From Eledone cirrhosa (lineage: Eukaryota), in contig OZ024740.1 of NCBI GenBank assembly GCA_964016885.1, positions 373,240,001 to 373,304,000 of the forward strand: a DNA stretch of 64,000 nt, read 5' to 3'. Both the position numbers and the translations under genes were made by a program. Numbering within the stretch: position 1 is the stretch's first letter; each line of letters opens with the position of its first letter. Below are positions 45,681 through 59,439 of this stretch, in pieces. The notes beneath the pieces are model-generated. The model was given only the letters and a program-made list of their open reading frames with translations. It ran no database searches and was not told the DNA's origin.

Positions 45681-48600
45681 GCTGTTGTCTCGTTTGTTTA
45701 CACCAACCAACTCGTCTCGGATCGGTTATTTATTAGTGCTCCTAGGCGTTTGATCCAAAGTGCTTCATTGATTCGTAACGTTCCGACGTTGCGTTATGTC
45801 GCTAGCACTGTGACAATAGGCCTTCCGTCTTTGTTTCCGCATTTGGTTATGTGTTTCCGGAAAGACGAGGCCCTGGCGTTGATGTACTCCTTGATCGGGA
45901 TATCTAGTGGCCGGATTATGCTACCGATATAGTAATGGTTGCACTTGTCACATTATACCCTGTATACAACGTATGTGCGTAAGCACCAGTTCGTTTGGCG
46001 CATCGGACAGTTTCTGAGGGAACACGCGTCAGACGATTTCTCGGGTTTCTTGAGACAGGAATTGTTTGCATCTATAAGGGAACTCTTTAGACTGTCGGAG
46101 AAATGGGCGAATGTTGGCTGTCAAATTATTTTCCTAAAACGCTGCCTAAAAAACGATCTCATCAGGAACATCCGCTTACCAGGATGTCTACGTACACCAA
46201 CTTTTCAAAACAGCGCTAGCCGCATACACCACTCGTGTATCAAACAGATCCTGCGAAATCTTAACCGCCAGTTACACATCCAGAGCGGACACACCGATTA
46301 ACACTAACACCCGGTGACTTGCTCCTTAAAATCACAAAATAAATCGACCTGTGCTACCACTCCAGAGTCCAACACGAACATAAAACGACTCAAGCGGAAA
46401 TCTGAGTGGATCTTGCTTAAACTCCACAGCGAAAACACCGACACTAACAAACAGACAGACCAGAACCACGTGATAAACAGCAACATAACAACCGTCACCG
46501 CCACACCCACAAACACCGAGCCACAGCTCAACGATGCGGCCCACCTGCACACCGACCTAACCGGCACTCTCACGAACGACGAGCTGGAACTCATACGCCT
46601 CGGACCCAAGTACATCATCTCACAGCGGCTCGACAACAGACTTAAACTCGACATCGAAGTCAACTTCTGCCGAGCCGCCTACCAACTTAAATGAGTGACT
46701 TCCATCAACATCACCACGGAAAATAACAGCACCCACACAAGCCACTCCAACTTCCCCACTTACCACCTCGACAACCCACTCCACCCCCCACTCACCAGCC
46801 ACGAACTCGACACGAAACTCATCAGATTAGAACACTCCATCTCTGATATCCTACACAAACACACACACACGCACAACACACAACCTTACTAAATCTCAAC
46901 TCACCACTCTCTCCAACCCGAAATCGAGGAACCTCATCTACCTCCCCTCCGACAAGAGAAAATAATTCTGCGTCATCAGCAGAGAGGCCTACACCACCCT
47001 AGCTCTCCAACACCTTAACGATGACAACCTCTACTCCAAGGTCACAGGAATCACTCCCACGCAGATCGAGGAGCACATCAACGACGCCTGGACAAACATC
47101 TGTGATCGGCGGAAGCTTCCGAAGAAGCTCAGATACAACGACCATACGAGGAAGAGCAGACTACCCGCCTTCTACCACCTTGTGAAAACACACAAACCCG
47201 AACTGAGGATCAGACCTATTGTATCGAGCGTGGAAGGACTGCTCTACAGAATGTCATTGCTCCTAGCAAGAATACTTATACCCATACTAGACACCTTGCC
47301 GGGACACGTAAACAGCTCCGAATTGTTGGAGCACCTGCATCAAATGGATCCCGACACCAGAAACGCTAACAGGTATGCCTTCAGCCTTGATGTGGTCGCT
47401 CTTTACACCTTGGTCCCGGCGCTCACGGCCGTTGATATACTGATGGAATGCGTTCAATTTACCGACCTACACTGCTTCGGGCTCACCCCCACTGACATCC
47501 ACCAGCTCCTATCCGTCGTCGTTGACAACACGCATTTCGGTTTTCTCGACCAAACATACCGGCAAACCTCGGGCTTCCCATGGGCTAAAGCCTGTCGGGT
47601 GTGCTAGAGTTCTCTTACATGGACGGCCTCGAGCGCAATACACTCAACACCTCCCACCCCAACACCGTCGCCTTCTTCTTAAGGTACGTGGACGACATCC
47701 TCATCCTCACATCTTCCCAGGAGATGGTGAGCGGAATTTATGAGATGTTCAACAACACGGACGAGAATATTGATTTCAGTGTTGAACACCCCAACGACGA
47801 CGGTTCCCTTGCCATCCCCGACTTCCGAATCAACATCACGGAGCAGGGAGGTTATCCCCACCAACTTCTACCGCAAGACAGCCTGCAGAGACTACAAGTC
47901 TGCCATCCCTAACAGTGCTAGAAGAGGGTACATCACGAACGAGATCACGCGAATTAAAAACAGATGTAGCGATCCCGTGAGTAGTGTCACCCATACCAAG
48001 CGCTTTTTCAGGGTGCTGCAGACGAACGGATACCAAGCCTCGCTTACGAACAAAGTAAGGGACACCAGGCGCAAGAGGCAGAGAAACACCCAAGGCAAGT
48101 GTTTCCTTTAAATCCCGCACCTGGGCGATAAAACCACCAACGCTATCCCCAGGACTATACGGAGAGAGGGCATCGACATCCACCTGGCCCACTCGGGCCG
48201 CTCCCTACAGAGATGCTTCTCCAGGAAGCCCGGGAAATCGTCTGACGCGTGTTCCCTCAGAAAATGTCCGATGCGCCATAGGAACTGTTGCTTACGCACA
48301 TACGTTGTATACAGGGTAGAATGTGACAAGTGCAACCACTACGATATCGCTAGCACAATCCGACTGCTACATATCTGGATCAAGGTGCACATCAACACTA
48401 GGGCCTCGTCTTTCCGGAAACCCATAACCAAATGCGTAAGCAAAGACGGAAGGCCCATTGTCACAATGCTAGAGACAGAACGCAATGTCGGCACGTTACG
48501 AATCAAGGAAGCACTTTGGATGAAACGCCTAGGACCAGAAATAAATAACCGATCCGAGAGAAGCAAGACGAGGTGGCTGGTGTAAACAACTGAGACAACA

Positions 48601-49179
48601 GCACACGCACACACACACACACACACAAACAGTGGTATCGAACGATCGTTATTGTGTGTAAGCGCCCCCACTACCCACCGACCAGGCAGTCTACTCACTG
48701 CCAGTAACACAGACTGAATATAGGTAGTATAATGTATTGACAGCTAGCACCCTCCCACTCCCACAATAACCAGGAACTGCCTCGACCTTTGCTTGACCGC
48801 ACCTAATACGCCCGCGCGCGCGCTCTACTGAATATCTCAGTTACACACAAAGGTCGGACAACAGAGGCCAGGTACCGTTCCTCTCCGACAGATAACTTTC
48901 CCACTCGGACCCCCCCCCCCCCCAAGTTGATGCGAAATTCGAGATATAGGGACAATTATATCTCTCCCAAGGTAACTCTATCTTGTGTTATTATTTTTAT
49001 TTTTACGCTCTTTCCTACGTTCCTCTACACACTATACATCTCAATCTACATTCCCTTATATCCCTCCTTCTCTTCACCACCGGATTCTGTTACCCGGAGA
49101 TTTACCCAACTGCATTGTTGAGACTTCCAATACGCCCAAATTTTGTATTATTCTACAATGCTTCAAGTAAACTTCAATA

Positions 49180-49186
<7 letters not shown>
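45075..49186 (+). mobile_element. Near full-length Penelope/Poseidon-like PLE (46055-49186) with about 980-bp inverted copy of its 3' end (45075-46054)
   Basis: IFLKRCL, LGPKY, PSDK, KTHKPELRIRPIVSSV, FSLDVVALYT, YRQTSG, RYVDDIL, FYRK, VVYRVECDKC..Y(Y/D)I(G/A)S, IKEALW..PEINNR; ORF ends at 48585. Confidence 0.93.
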
Positions 49187-49252
<66 letters not shown>

Positions 49253-49269
49253 ACACACGCACACACACA

Positions 49270-49365
<96 letters not shown>

Positions 49366-50117
49366 TATATTATTATATATATTATTATGTTAAATTGTTA
49401 ATTAGCCCTATTTTCTGGACGATGATAATGATAAAAACAATAATTATTAGCAAGGTGGAGGGAGAGTATATATACTGTCAACGCACAGTTGTAGCTCTGT
49501 TTGATAAGCTAAGATGTGAACCTATCTACAACCTCATTATCTGAATAGATTAGTGATAAATTCAGCTTGTCTCTGATTAGAAAATGAATACAATTTATGA
49601 GTAATTATAAATACCTCAAACTATGCTGTTAATTTTGAATTAGCTGGATGTATTCTATATACTGTAGGTAGACATAAAATGCTAACGTGATTGTGATTAA
49701 CAGCTAATTGCAGTACCATTGATTAAAATAGATATGTGATATCTGATACAACAATGTTTACTAAAATAGCTTTTCTATCAATTGAAACTGTACACATTCT
49801 AGAAAGCAATGTCCTTCCTTAAATTATTTGAATGCAAATTCAATGAGGAAATATATATACGTACAATCTCACCAAATCAATCTCAACAACGTTTGGCCCA
49901 GGAAATTTGAAACTATATGAATGCTATAAATTTAATTTTGTTTAATTAAAAGAAATAAATCAATCGACTATAATTAAATATGTAATACAATTGAAATTAC
50001 AATAATTCTCGGACATTAAATTAAACGCCTAATATTCAAGAAATAATCAAAACGGACTAAGACGTTGAATATAAATATGTTTATGTAAGATCACTAATAA
50101 ATATATATATATATATA

Positions 50118-51557
50118 TTTAAAGGAATAGAGGTGTAACACACAAGTTATGATATATTGGTAAACGGAAAAGAAAATGCTGACAATTTGTTCACAGTGAA
50201 AAATAGTTGAATTAGGAATAAGTGAGAATTAGTAATCGTATTGGTTAGTATTCAGTTTTGGTTTTAAGTTTTACCGGTTGCGCATTTCTAATGCTTTTCA
50301 AAAATAATTTTGAGATAGAGCGTCCGTGATGTTTGCTCTAATCTGATTAGTTTTGGAAATTATACCTGTTTTGATGTTAACAAAGTTGCTCCAGCGGTAT
50401 TAAAATAAATTTTGCGCCAATTCGTGTTGCACAAATTCTTGTGGTCAAAACAATTTTGATTGGTCGGTAGAGGTCATGTGAATTTTAAAAATTGATTTTG
50501 CGCCAAATGTAGGTTTGTGTCGGCTGATTGCGAAGCCACTGAAAAATAAGTCTTTCAAAACAAAAATATGTGTGTGTGTGTGTGTGTAGTAGTAGTAATG
50601 AGGTTCGTTGTTGTGATAATGGTCAACAGGGATGTGTGTGCGAACCGCAACCTGTTGACAGTTCAAGTGCCTATTAAGACAAGTGTATGTGTGTATGTGT
50701 GTGTGTGTAGCAGAGTAATTCGTGGTAGAGGGATGGTCAGTAGGAATGTGTCTGTAAGTGTGTGGGGGATATTTTAACATGTTAAAATATATTTCTCAGC
50801 CCTTGTCTTATACGGAGAAGTGTGTGTGTGTGTGTGTGTGTCTCTTTGTATGTTAATGTACGCGTGTGTATGTGTGTATGTGTATATGTGCGTGTGTGCG
50901 CATACACGTGTGTGTGTGTGAGAATGTGTGTGTGTGTGTGGGCGGACCAGTAATTATTTTTGTGATACTGGTGAAATGGTGTTCATTATTCGATATTTTC
51001 AGTAAAATCGATTCTCTCAATAGAACATCAAAAACTTTAATAATAAAAGGTGTGAAATGATATATAGTATTGGCATAATACCAAGGTGTGTGTGAGTGTG
51101 TCCATATTGTACGTATTGCAAGGGGAATCCATTAGGCCTTGCCGTATTGGAATACTTGTGTACAAATATGTATGTGCTCATCAGTGTGCAATGCATGTGT
51201 GCGTTTATGTATGTGTGTGTGTCGGCACGTTTATATCTATAGACATCAAATGGTATGCACATTTGTGTATATTTGTGTTGCACCATAGAACATGTGTGTT
51301 TACGTATGTCATTGTGTTTATATGTGGGTAGAGATGTATGCTGATGTAGGTATGTATGTTGACGTGTGTATGTTGTGGGTTCGTCTTAGGGAGAAGTGTT
51401 TAGACGGGGTCCGTATTTGTTATTTCACCAGTATCACAAAAAATAATTACTGGTCCGCCCACACACACACACACATTCTCACACACACACGTGTATGCGC
51501 ACACACGCACATATATACACACAAACATACACACGCGTACATTAACATACAAAGAAA

Positions 51558-51598
<41 letters not shown>

Positions 51599-52257
51599 CT
51601 CCGTATAAGACAAGGGCTGAAAAATATCTTTCAACATGTTAGAATATCCCCCACACACTTACAGACACATTCCTACTGACCATCCCTCTACCACGAATTA
51701 CTCTGCTACACACACACACACACACACACACACTTGTCTTAATAGGCATTTGAACTGTCAACAGGCTGCGGTTCGCACACACATCCCTGCTGACCATTAT
51801 CCCAACAACGACCCTCAATACTACTACTACTACTACACACACACACACACATATTTGTTTTGAAAAACTTATTTTTCAGTGACTTCTCAATCAGCCAACA
51901 CAAACATACATTTGGCGCATAATCAATTTTTAACATTCACATGACCTCTACCGACCAATCAAAATTGTTTTGACCACAATAATTTTTGCAACACGAATTG
52001 GCGCAAAACTTATTTTAATACCGCTGGAGCCACTTTTTTAACATATAAACAGGTAGAATTTCCAAAACTAATCAGATTAGAGCAAACATCACGGACGCTC
52101 TATCTCAAAATTATTTTTGAAAAGCATTAGAAATGCGCAACCGGTAAAGCTTAAAACAAAAACTGAATAATAACCAATACTATTACTAATTCTCACTTAT
52201 TCCTAATTAAACTATTTTTCACTGTGAAAAAATTGTCAGTATTTTCTTTTCCGTTTA

Positions 52258-52262
<5 letters not shown>
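50118..52262. mobile_element. PLE family F inverted-repeat insertion; long arm (minus sense, with tail) 50118-51422, short arm 51423-52262
   Basis: Arms are reverse complements; the long arm reaches the last GIY-YIG codons (NKYGPRLNTSP*). Confidence 0.9.
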
Positions 52263-52330
<68 letters not shown>

Positions 52331-52646
52331 CACTGAAAATATAATTGCTTTTTCTTTTCTAAATATAAATTTGTTTCCCGTACTTTCCTTTTCTCAATCT
52401 TTATCTTTCTAGTTGATCTTGCATTTCTCATTCTGTCTTCTGGTGGAGGCCTGGTGTCCGAAACGTAAATACACTTTTTCTGATATATCAAGCATTAAAC
52501 TAATATATTTCTTCATTGTATTTTGATGACTGCTTCGTCGTTTCTGTTTATATTCTACATGCAAACATATATACATCTATGTATGTATGTATGTATGTAT
52601 GTATGTATGTATGTATGTATGTATGTATGAATGTATGTATATATTT

Positions 52647-52793
<147 letters not shown>

Positions 52794-53070
52794 ACTTTGA
52801 TTGGTTTCGGTAGTATTGCTCCAGGCCAAGTCTAACTCAATAGCACCGCCTGACGAAATCTTTCATTCAGGATTATGACAACATGGCCCACACATGTAGT
52901 ACGTTATTTTTTCTGGAAACATGTACGTGTGTAATAGGTTTATCTTGGACTTCTTGGAAAAATGTGTCGAAAGACTACTTGAATTTTATGGGATCTGTTT
53001 CTGTTTTCAAGTGTTTTGGTTAAAGAGAGAGGGGCCAGTTGAAGTGAAATATTTCTGCCGTAATATTAAC
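52794..53070 (-). mobile_element. CR1 3'-end fragment
   Basis: Reverse-complement similarity to 44770-45050. Confidence 0.75.
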
Positions 53071-53600
53071 ATATGTGTGTGAGTGTTGTGTATGTTCTGT
53101 GTGTGAATGTGCATGTGTGTGTATGTGTGAGTATGTGTGTACGTGTGTATGTGTGTGTATGTGTGTATGTGTGTATGTGTGTATGTATGTGTGTGTGTGT
53201 GTGTGTGCGTGTGTGCGAGCGTCTGCGTATATGCACATATTTATTTATTGAACTAAAACTGTGAATTTCGTTTTTCTTCCAAATAAAAGACATTTCCATA
53301 TGAAATGGGTTTATAAAGCAATGGATCGTATTATTCTTGGTTGTGTTTGAATTTAAAATATTTGTTTTACGTTTAGAAATATATATAGAGAATTTTTTTC
53401 CGTTTTTAGAATATATATTTCAAATGCTTCGTTTTACTTTGATAATTGCCGATACTCCAGTATATTATAACAAAGAAATTGAGGTCATTTAAAGAGTATA
53501 CAGACAATATTTTTGAAGGTTGCTACGATTACGAATTCTACATTAGACATAACAATCTTTAAGCTATAGAATCTCTCTCAATCTCTCTCTCTCTCGCCCT

Positions 53601-53641
<41 letters not shown>

Positions 53642-53645
<4 letters not shown>

Positions 53646-55864
53646 AACCAGTAAGACCCCGACAGCTGAGCTCAAGCCGTTTCGACGACTAATTCTGGAC
53701 TAAATGAAAATTTGTCCTGGTATTTAAATAGCCGATCTTCTCAAGGGGTAATTCCATATATGGTCAAAGTGATTGTCAAAAATCAGTAGTAATTCTGTGG
53801 TTGCAAATTAGTTGGGGAGATGGTGGCTAAACCTGCCAGTAGGAGAAAGAGGGGAGGGGGTGGAGTAGACCCAATCAAGCGTTGGTAGTGCCAGCTACAG
53901 CTGGGCATGAGGTCAAAGAAGATACAGGGGAGGGGGAGGAAGTCGGAACGGTAGGTAGAACAATGGGGGGTAGAAATATATAGGAAAGAAAAAATACTGA
54001 GAGTGGAGAAAAGCAAATAAGTGTAAAGAAAAAAGTAAAGTAAATTCTACGACCTAGGTCTCTAGCTATTGTTAGGCTAGAATAAATAAATAAATAAAGA
54101 AAGAAAGAAGTAAAGAAAGAAATAAAGAAATAACGAAATAAGTAAAAGAACTAGGTGGGACGGATAGGCAAGGACCCTTTTAAGAGGTATAAGTACGTAA
54201 ATGATACGGTGACGGGTCAACAAAAGGGACCAAAATACTAAAGAGACTACCACGAAATAAACAATAAAGGTTTCCATCCCGGGCACAATGCCAGCAATCA
54301 CCCAGTGCAGCAAAGTGAACTAGTATGAGATAATAATTCTGAGTCCCGAGAAAAATATATACTAATGCTAACTCTAAAAGATCTAAAACAAGCTACATGA
54401 AAGTTCGTACGAAGTAAAGGTAGAATACGGAAAAATAAATTCAGAATCCACCCCGCCCAAAAGAAAAGCGAAGAAAGAAATACTGAAACGAAAAAATAAG
54501 GCATAAGTGCCACTAAGAAATATAGAGGGCACAGAGAATAGTGGGAGCGGTCGGAAAAAGGGGACAAGTATCCGGGATCTAAACCAACTGCTATAAAGGG
54601 CGGAGTCCGCCAAATCTATCATAGACTAGGGGAGGGGGTGGGGGTACTAAGGCTACAAGGGGCCAAAGGGCAGCCTCGGGTGGGCGAGAAAAGACGCCGA
54701 CAAAGGAGAAGAGCTGGGGTAGAAGGACTAAGGAGAGAGGGGGGAAGGAAATAAAGGAAGCGATAAAAGAATACAAAGAAGATCTTACGTCTCCCTTGGC
54801 AAGCAGGGGTTACCCATTGCAAAATCGGCAAGTGGGGTGTTATAGCCCTAGTCTACCCCCCCCCCCCCCCCGGGTCATTATGGGGTTTGAGGGCGAGGTA
54901 AGTCCTACGCAATCCATGTTTACATGCAGTAACCAGTTCATCTTTCTTGTTTAGGAGTTGGTCCGTCGAAAACAGCATTTGTAAAGTTTCCTCCGAGCAT
55001 AAATTGCACGGACGGCGTCCTCCCGTGTAAGAATTGGCTCTGGACAGTAATCTCCAAGTGATGTAATCACGTGACAGTAATCTCCAAGTGATCATAGGTG
55101 ATGTTGTTGTCCTTGAGGTCCCATATGTGGCCCGAAAGTGTAGTGGCGTGACGCCGGGCCGGGTTTCGGAAGGTATGTCTATGTTGGTATAGCCGGGTCT
55201 TGAAGTCACATGCGGTAAGTCCTATATAGGCTTTGTTGGAGGTATCCGTCCTCACGTTGCACTGGTAGATCACATTACGGTCTCTGCATCTATTGTCGAG
55301 TGGGCAAATGGATCTATCCGGGCAGTTACACCTCCTGGTCGGTTCTCCACTGCTATTTAGGTTATTTCTGCCATCGGGGTTGAGTTTTTTGTTGTTAGAG
55401 GAGACGATGTTTTGTGCGAAGTTTGGTGTAGTGCTGTAAGAGAGTTTGATGGTATTTTTGTTAATTATGTTGTGGTAGCGGTGTTGTAATGGGAAGTGTT
55501 TTTCAATGAGCCTAAAGAATAGTTTCCCGATGGGAGTTGTCACCTCTGCGTTGTGGGGAGGATTGAACCATGTTACATTGCGTGAGCGGCGGTGTCTCCT
55601 GCTGGTTCCGCTAATGGGAGCTGGACAGTAGGATATTTCCTCCCGGAAACCACTCCGCTTGAGGGCCTGGTTGTAATAAGGCGCATGTTCATCGAATATC
55701 CGCTCATTAGCTGACAAACGGGATATGCGGAGAATTAGCCGTCGAAACGGCTTGAGCTCAGCTGTCGGGGTCTTACTGGTTCCTATTACCCACTCTACTA
55801 CCTCAAGTAGTGAGTACTTTGGTGCGTTATGGTCCACCTGGTTCCTTACCACATTTCCTTCGTT
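53642..55864 (-). mobile_element. 5'-truncated Naiad-like PLE (family C) with short inverted pLTR + tail at 55731-55864
   Basis: RISRLSANE..YNQALKRSGF, RNVTWFNPP, NKNTIKLSYS, CNC..CPLDNRC..VIYQC..YIGLT..FKTRL, CNLCSEE, CKH; ORF remnant 54853-55730. Confidence 0.93.
53657..53748 (-). ncRNA. Type I hammerhead with U3-A8 core, long stem II and full palindromic stem III
   Basis: CCCC-UUGAGAA-GAUCGGCUA...UAGUCGUC-GAAA CGGCUUGAGCUCAGCUG UC-GGGG. Confidence 0.75.
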
Positions 55865-55916
<52 letters not shown>

Positions 55917-57159
55917 ATACTATTTTAAATACTGTGTCAAATGACAACAATCATTCTTCCACTATGGCTGTGATCCTAGGTCAAGTTTCGGTTTTTGTGG
56001 GTAATCATATATCCGTACTGCAAGAAATACGCTCTTAATATCAGCTAAATTCACCATCATGCACTGGGCCTGCACTCGTATTTTATCATTCAAAAAACTT
56101 CAAAACACTGCGTGTTATTGTAAGAAGTTTTCAATTGACTCTGCCGTTACGTCTCCTTATATTTGAGATTTCTCTACTATAAAAAACCTTAGGAGTTTAA
56201 TGGATTGAAAACTTCGAAGCTGATATTCCTCGTTCAAGCCATGCATCAAATCCTGTCGTGTCGTTAGATTTTAAAACTGGGTTCTATAATTATACTACTT
56301 TGGAGACTGAATATCTTTAAATGTGGGGAATAATTTATATTCTTTAGGGGATTCTGTGTTGTGACTCATCATGAAGTTAGATACTCAGAATTGGATTCAG
56401 TTGTGAAAGCGATAAAGAGACGACATAAACCTGAAGATGAGAGCTGCAACGAGAAATATATGCAGTCCCTGTCCATTTAAATCTGAAATGAATAGTTCTA
56501 ATGTTCGAGATGAATGATGAAAGGAATCCGGGTGATGATATGTGGTTTGGTAGTTAATTGAAGTTGGCTAGTCACTTGTCAAATATTAATCAATAAAGAG
56601 GAAGTTACACATGCGAGAATATGACATGCTGAGTTTATAAATTAGTGGCCGGATAAAATTAAATAATTTGATACCCCACAACATATGAAAGAGACGGATT
56701 GGTTCACGTAATATTATTATCATAGATTAATTAATGATTCTTCTCAGCTTGTGAAGAAATATAATTTTCAGTCACTATACAACATTTCATTTGTTATTGC
56801 TAATGCTTCTTTTTCGCATAGATAATAGAATTTGGTTAAGTCATGATTGCATTCCGAGTTAATAGATATATGGAGCTCTTTGAAATATGAACAATTCTAT
56901 AAGCATAGGTCTGTGTATAACAGATGGAATTCATGTATATAATATATTAATTAGATTAACACCCCACGAGTAGTAAAAGGAAAGATAAAAACACGTTGCG
57001 TTTTGAAGAATATACTATTGATACACCAGTATATTCAAAATGGAAGATTAGAATACTGTATTTATGCCACAAGAAAATTTTAATATTTACTTTCTGTCAT
57101 TCACACAACAAAACCTGACGTAAGGAATTTTACTGACATGTAATTCCTCGATATATATA

Positions 57160-57284
<125 letters not shown>

Positions 57285-57440
57285 AGTATAGGTTTCAGCG
57301 AGAATCGCATTTCGGCGTCTAGGAAAGGTGAAAGGAAACGCAAAAATCAGAAATGACACTGGCAAAGTGCTCAATAGTTAAAAAACAGAGCTAAACAATA
57401 TGTTAAGAAGCCATACAGAACTGATAAATATATATACACA

Positions 57441-57505
<65 letters not shown>

Positions 57506-57511
<6 letters not shown>

Positions 57512-58803
57512 ATAAATGCTCTGAAATAGCGATATATATGTGAATATAGACATAGAATATTCGAAAATATTCTGTATGTTTATAATAAACATTTTGAAGA
57601 CCTAATCGCTATAGAATAGAATACGTCACGTATTACAATTAGATTCTCGATAAAAGCAAGGGAAGTAAATCTACGCGTTTCATTCTTATTAGAAATCGTC
57701 AGGACTACATATCCAGTGCTTTCATCGAGAATGACACAGCTAGAGACTTATAGAATACTTAGCTGTGTACAGGAACTGGTTTGAAAGAGCGGTTGCCGGT
57801 CCGGCAGAAATTAGAAATTGGAATAAATGCTCTGAAATAGCGATATATATGTGAATATAGACATAGAATATTCGAAAATATTCTGTATGTTTATAATAAA
57901 CATTTTGAAGACCTAATCGCTATAGAATAGAATACGTCACGTATTACAATTAGATTCTCGATAAAAGCAAGGGAAGTAAATCTACGCGTTTCATTCTTAT
58001 TAGAAATCGTCAGGACTACATATCCAGTGCTTTCATCGAGAATGACACAGCTAGAGACTTATAGAATACTTAGCTGTGTACAGGAACTGGTTTGAAAGAG
58101 CGGTTGCCGGTCCGGCAGAAATTAGAAATTGGAATAAATGCTCTGAAATAGCGATATATATGTGAATATAGACATAGAATATTCGAAAATATTCTGTATG
58201 TTTATAATAAACATTTTGAAGACCTAATCGCTATAGAATAGAATACGTCACGTATTACAATTAGATTCTCGATAAAAGCAAGGGAAGTAAATCTACGCGT
58301 TTCATTCTTATTAGAAATCGTCAGGACTACATATCCAGTGCTTTCATCGAGAATGACACAGATTTACTTCCCTTGCTTTTATCGAGAATCTAATTGTAAT
58401 ACGTGACGTATTCTATTCTATAGCGATTAGGTCTTCAAAATGTTTATTATAAACATACAGAATATTTTCGAATATTCTATGTCTATATTCACATATATAT
58501 CGCTATTTCAGAGCATTTATTCCAATTTCTAATTTCTGCCGGACCGGCAACCGCTCTTTCAAACCAGTTCCTGTACACAGCTAAGTATTCTATAAGTCTC
58601 TAGCTGTGTCATTCTCGATGAAAGCACTGGATATGTAGTCCTGACGATTTCTAATAAGAATGAAACGCGTAGATTTACTTCCCTTGCTTTTATCGAGAAT
58701 CTAATTGTAATACGTGACGTATTCTATTCTATAGCGATTAGGTCTTCAAAATGTTTATTATAAACATACAGAATATTTTCGAATATTCTATGTCTATATT
58801 CAC
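57506..58803. mobile_element. Retrozyme-like element, 311-nt non-coding monomer; 2.75 copies minus-sense (57506-58360) joined to about 1.4 copies plus-sense (58361-58803)
   Basis: ttggaataaatgc at 57507, 57818 and 58129 (period 311); copies appear identical; one HHR per monomer; (TA)n flanks. Confidence 0.9.
58637..58675 (+). ncRNA. Type I hammerhead of the 311-nt monomer (minus copies 57668-57706, 57979-58017, 58290-58328)
   Basis: AGUC-CUGACGA-UUUCU aaua AGAAU-GAAA CGCG UA-GAUU; predicted cleavage after 58671. Confidence 0.9.
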
Positions 58804-58917
58804 ATATATATATATATATTTGTGTGTGTGTGTATGTGTGTGTGTGAGTGTATATTTATGTTGCACTTACACGCAGGCGCAGGCGCTAGGACACACATAT
58901 ACACGCACATATATATG

Positions 58918-59103
58918 AAGGAGTCAGGACCCCGACAGTTGAACTCTTGTCGTTACAAAAGCTAGTTCAGAAATATCTTGTTAAAACAGAAGTTCAGCCG
59001 TGTTGGTCCCGGCTCCTTCATATACCACGCTCTACTACCTCACGCATCGTGTAGTCTGGTGAGTAATGGTCCAACATGTTTTTACTGCATCCATTCTGAT
59101 TGA
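58918..59103. mobile_element. Diverged family-C-related mini inverted-repeat insertion
   Basis: aaggagtcaggacc and ggtcccggctcctt arms; tail ctctactacctca...atggtccaac resembles family C. Confidence 0.6.
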
Positions 59104-59115
59104 TGTATATATATT

Positions 59116-59149
<34 letters not shown>

Positions 59150-59358
59150 TTAGAAAGTGAGGTTTTTTTTTTACAAAATGAAAAATAACCGAGGTGTCCT
59201 ACACGAGTGAAAGTATAAAGAAAAAGAGATGAAATCGAAAATGCAACTAGAGTCTTATTTTAAAAAAAAATATATATATTTATTTGGTTCCTTTACCGTT
59301 TTCGCAGTTCTTCTGCTTTTCAAAAGGTGAGTTGAGATGGAGGTTCTGTGGTTTTTCT

Positions 59359-59360
<2 letters not shown>
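59150..59360 (-). mobile_element. PLE pLTR fragment (family of 11662-11843) with HHR at 59290-59327
   Basis: CCUU-UUGAAAA-GCAG aagaa CUGC-GAAA ACGG UA-AAGG. Confidence 0.8.

Positions 59361-59436
<76 letters not shown>

Positions 59437-59439
<3 letters not shown>

Noticed and set aside
49110-49145. Hammerhead in the Poseidon-like element pLTR (ttgttgagac...gcccaaa)
   Set aside because: Too many core mismatches in both arms to call
55731-55852. N-terminal 40 aa of the 261-aa ORF 55067-55852 as a novel domain fusion
   Set aside because: It is the antisense of the inverted pLTR tail, in frame by chance; the same applies to the start of ORF 25208-25960
57506-58360. CRISPR array or plain satellite
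   Set aside because: Units are wholly identical with no spacers; the HHR and inversion indicate a retro-origin
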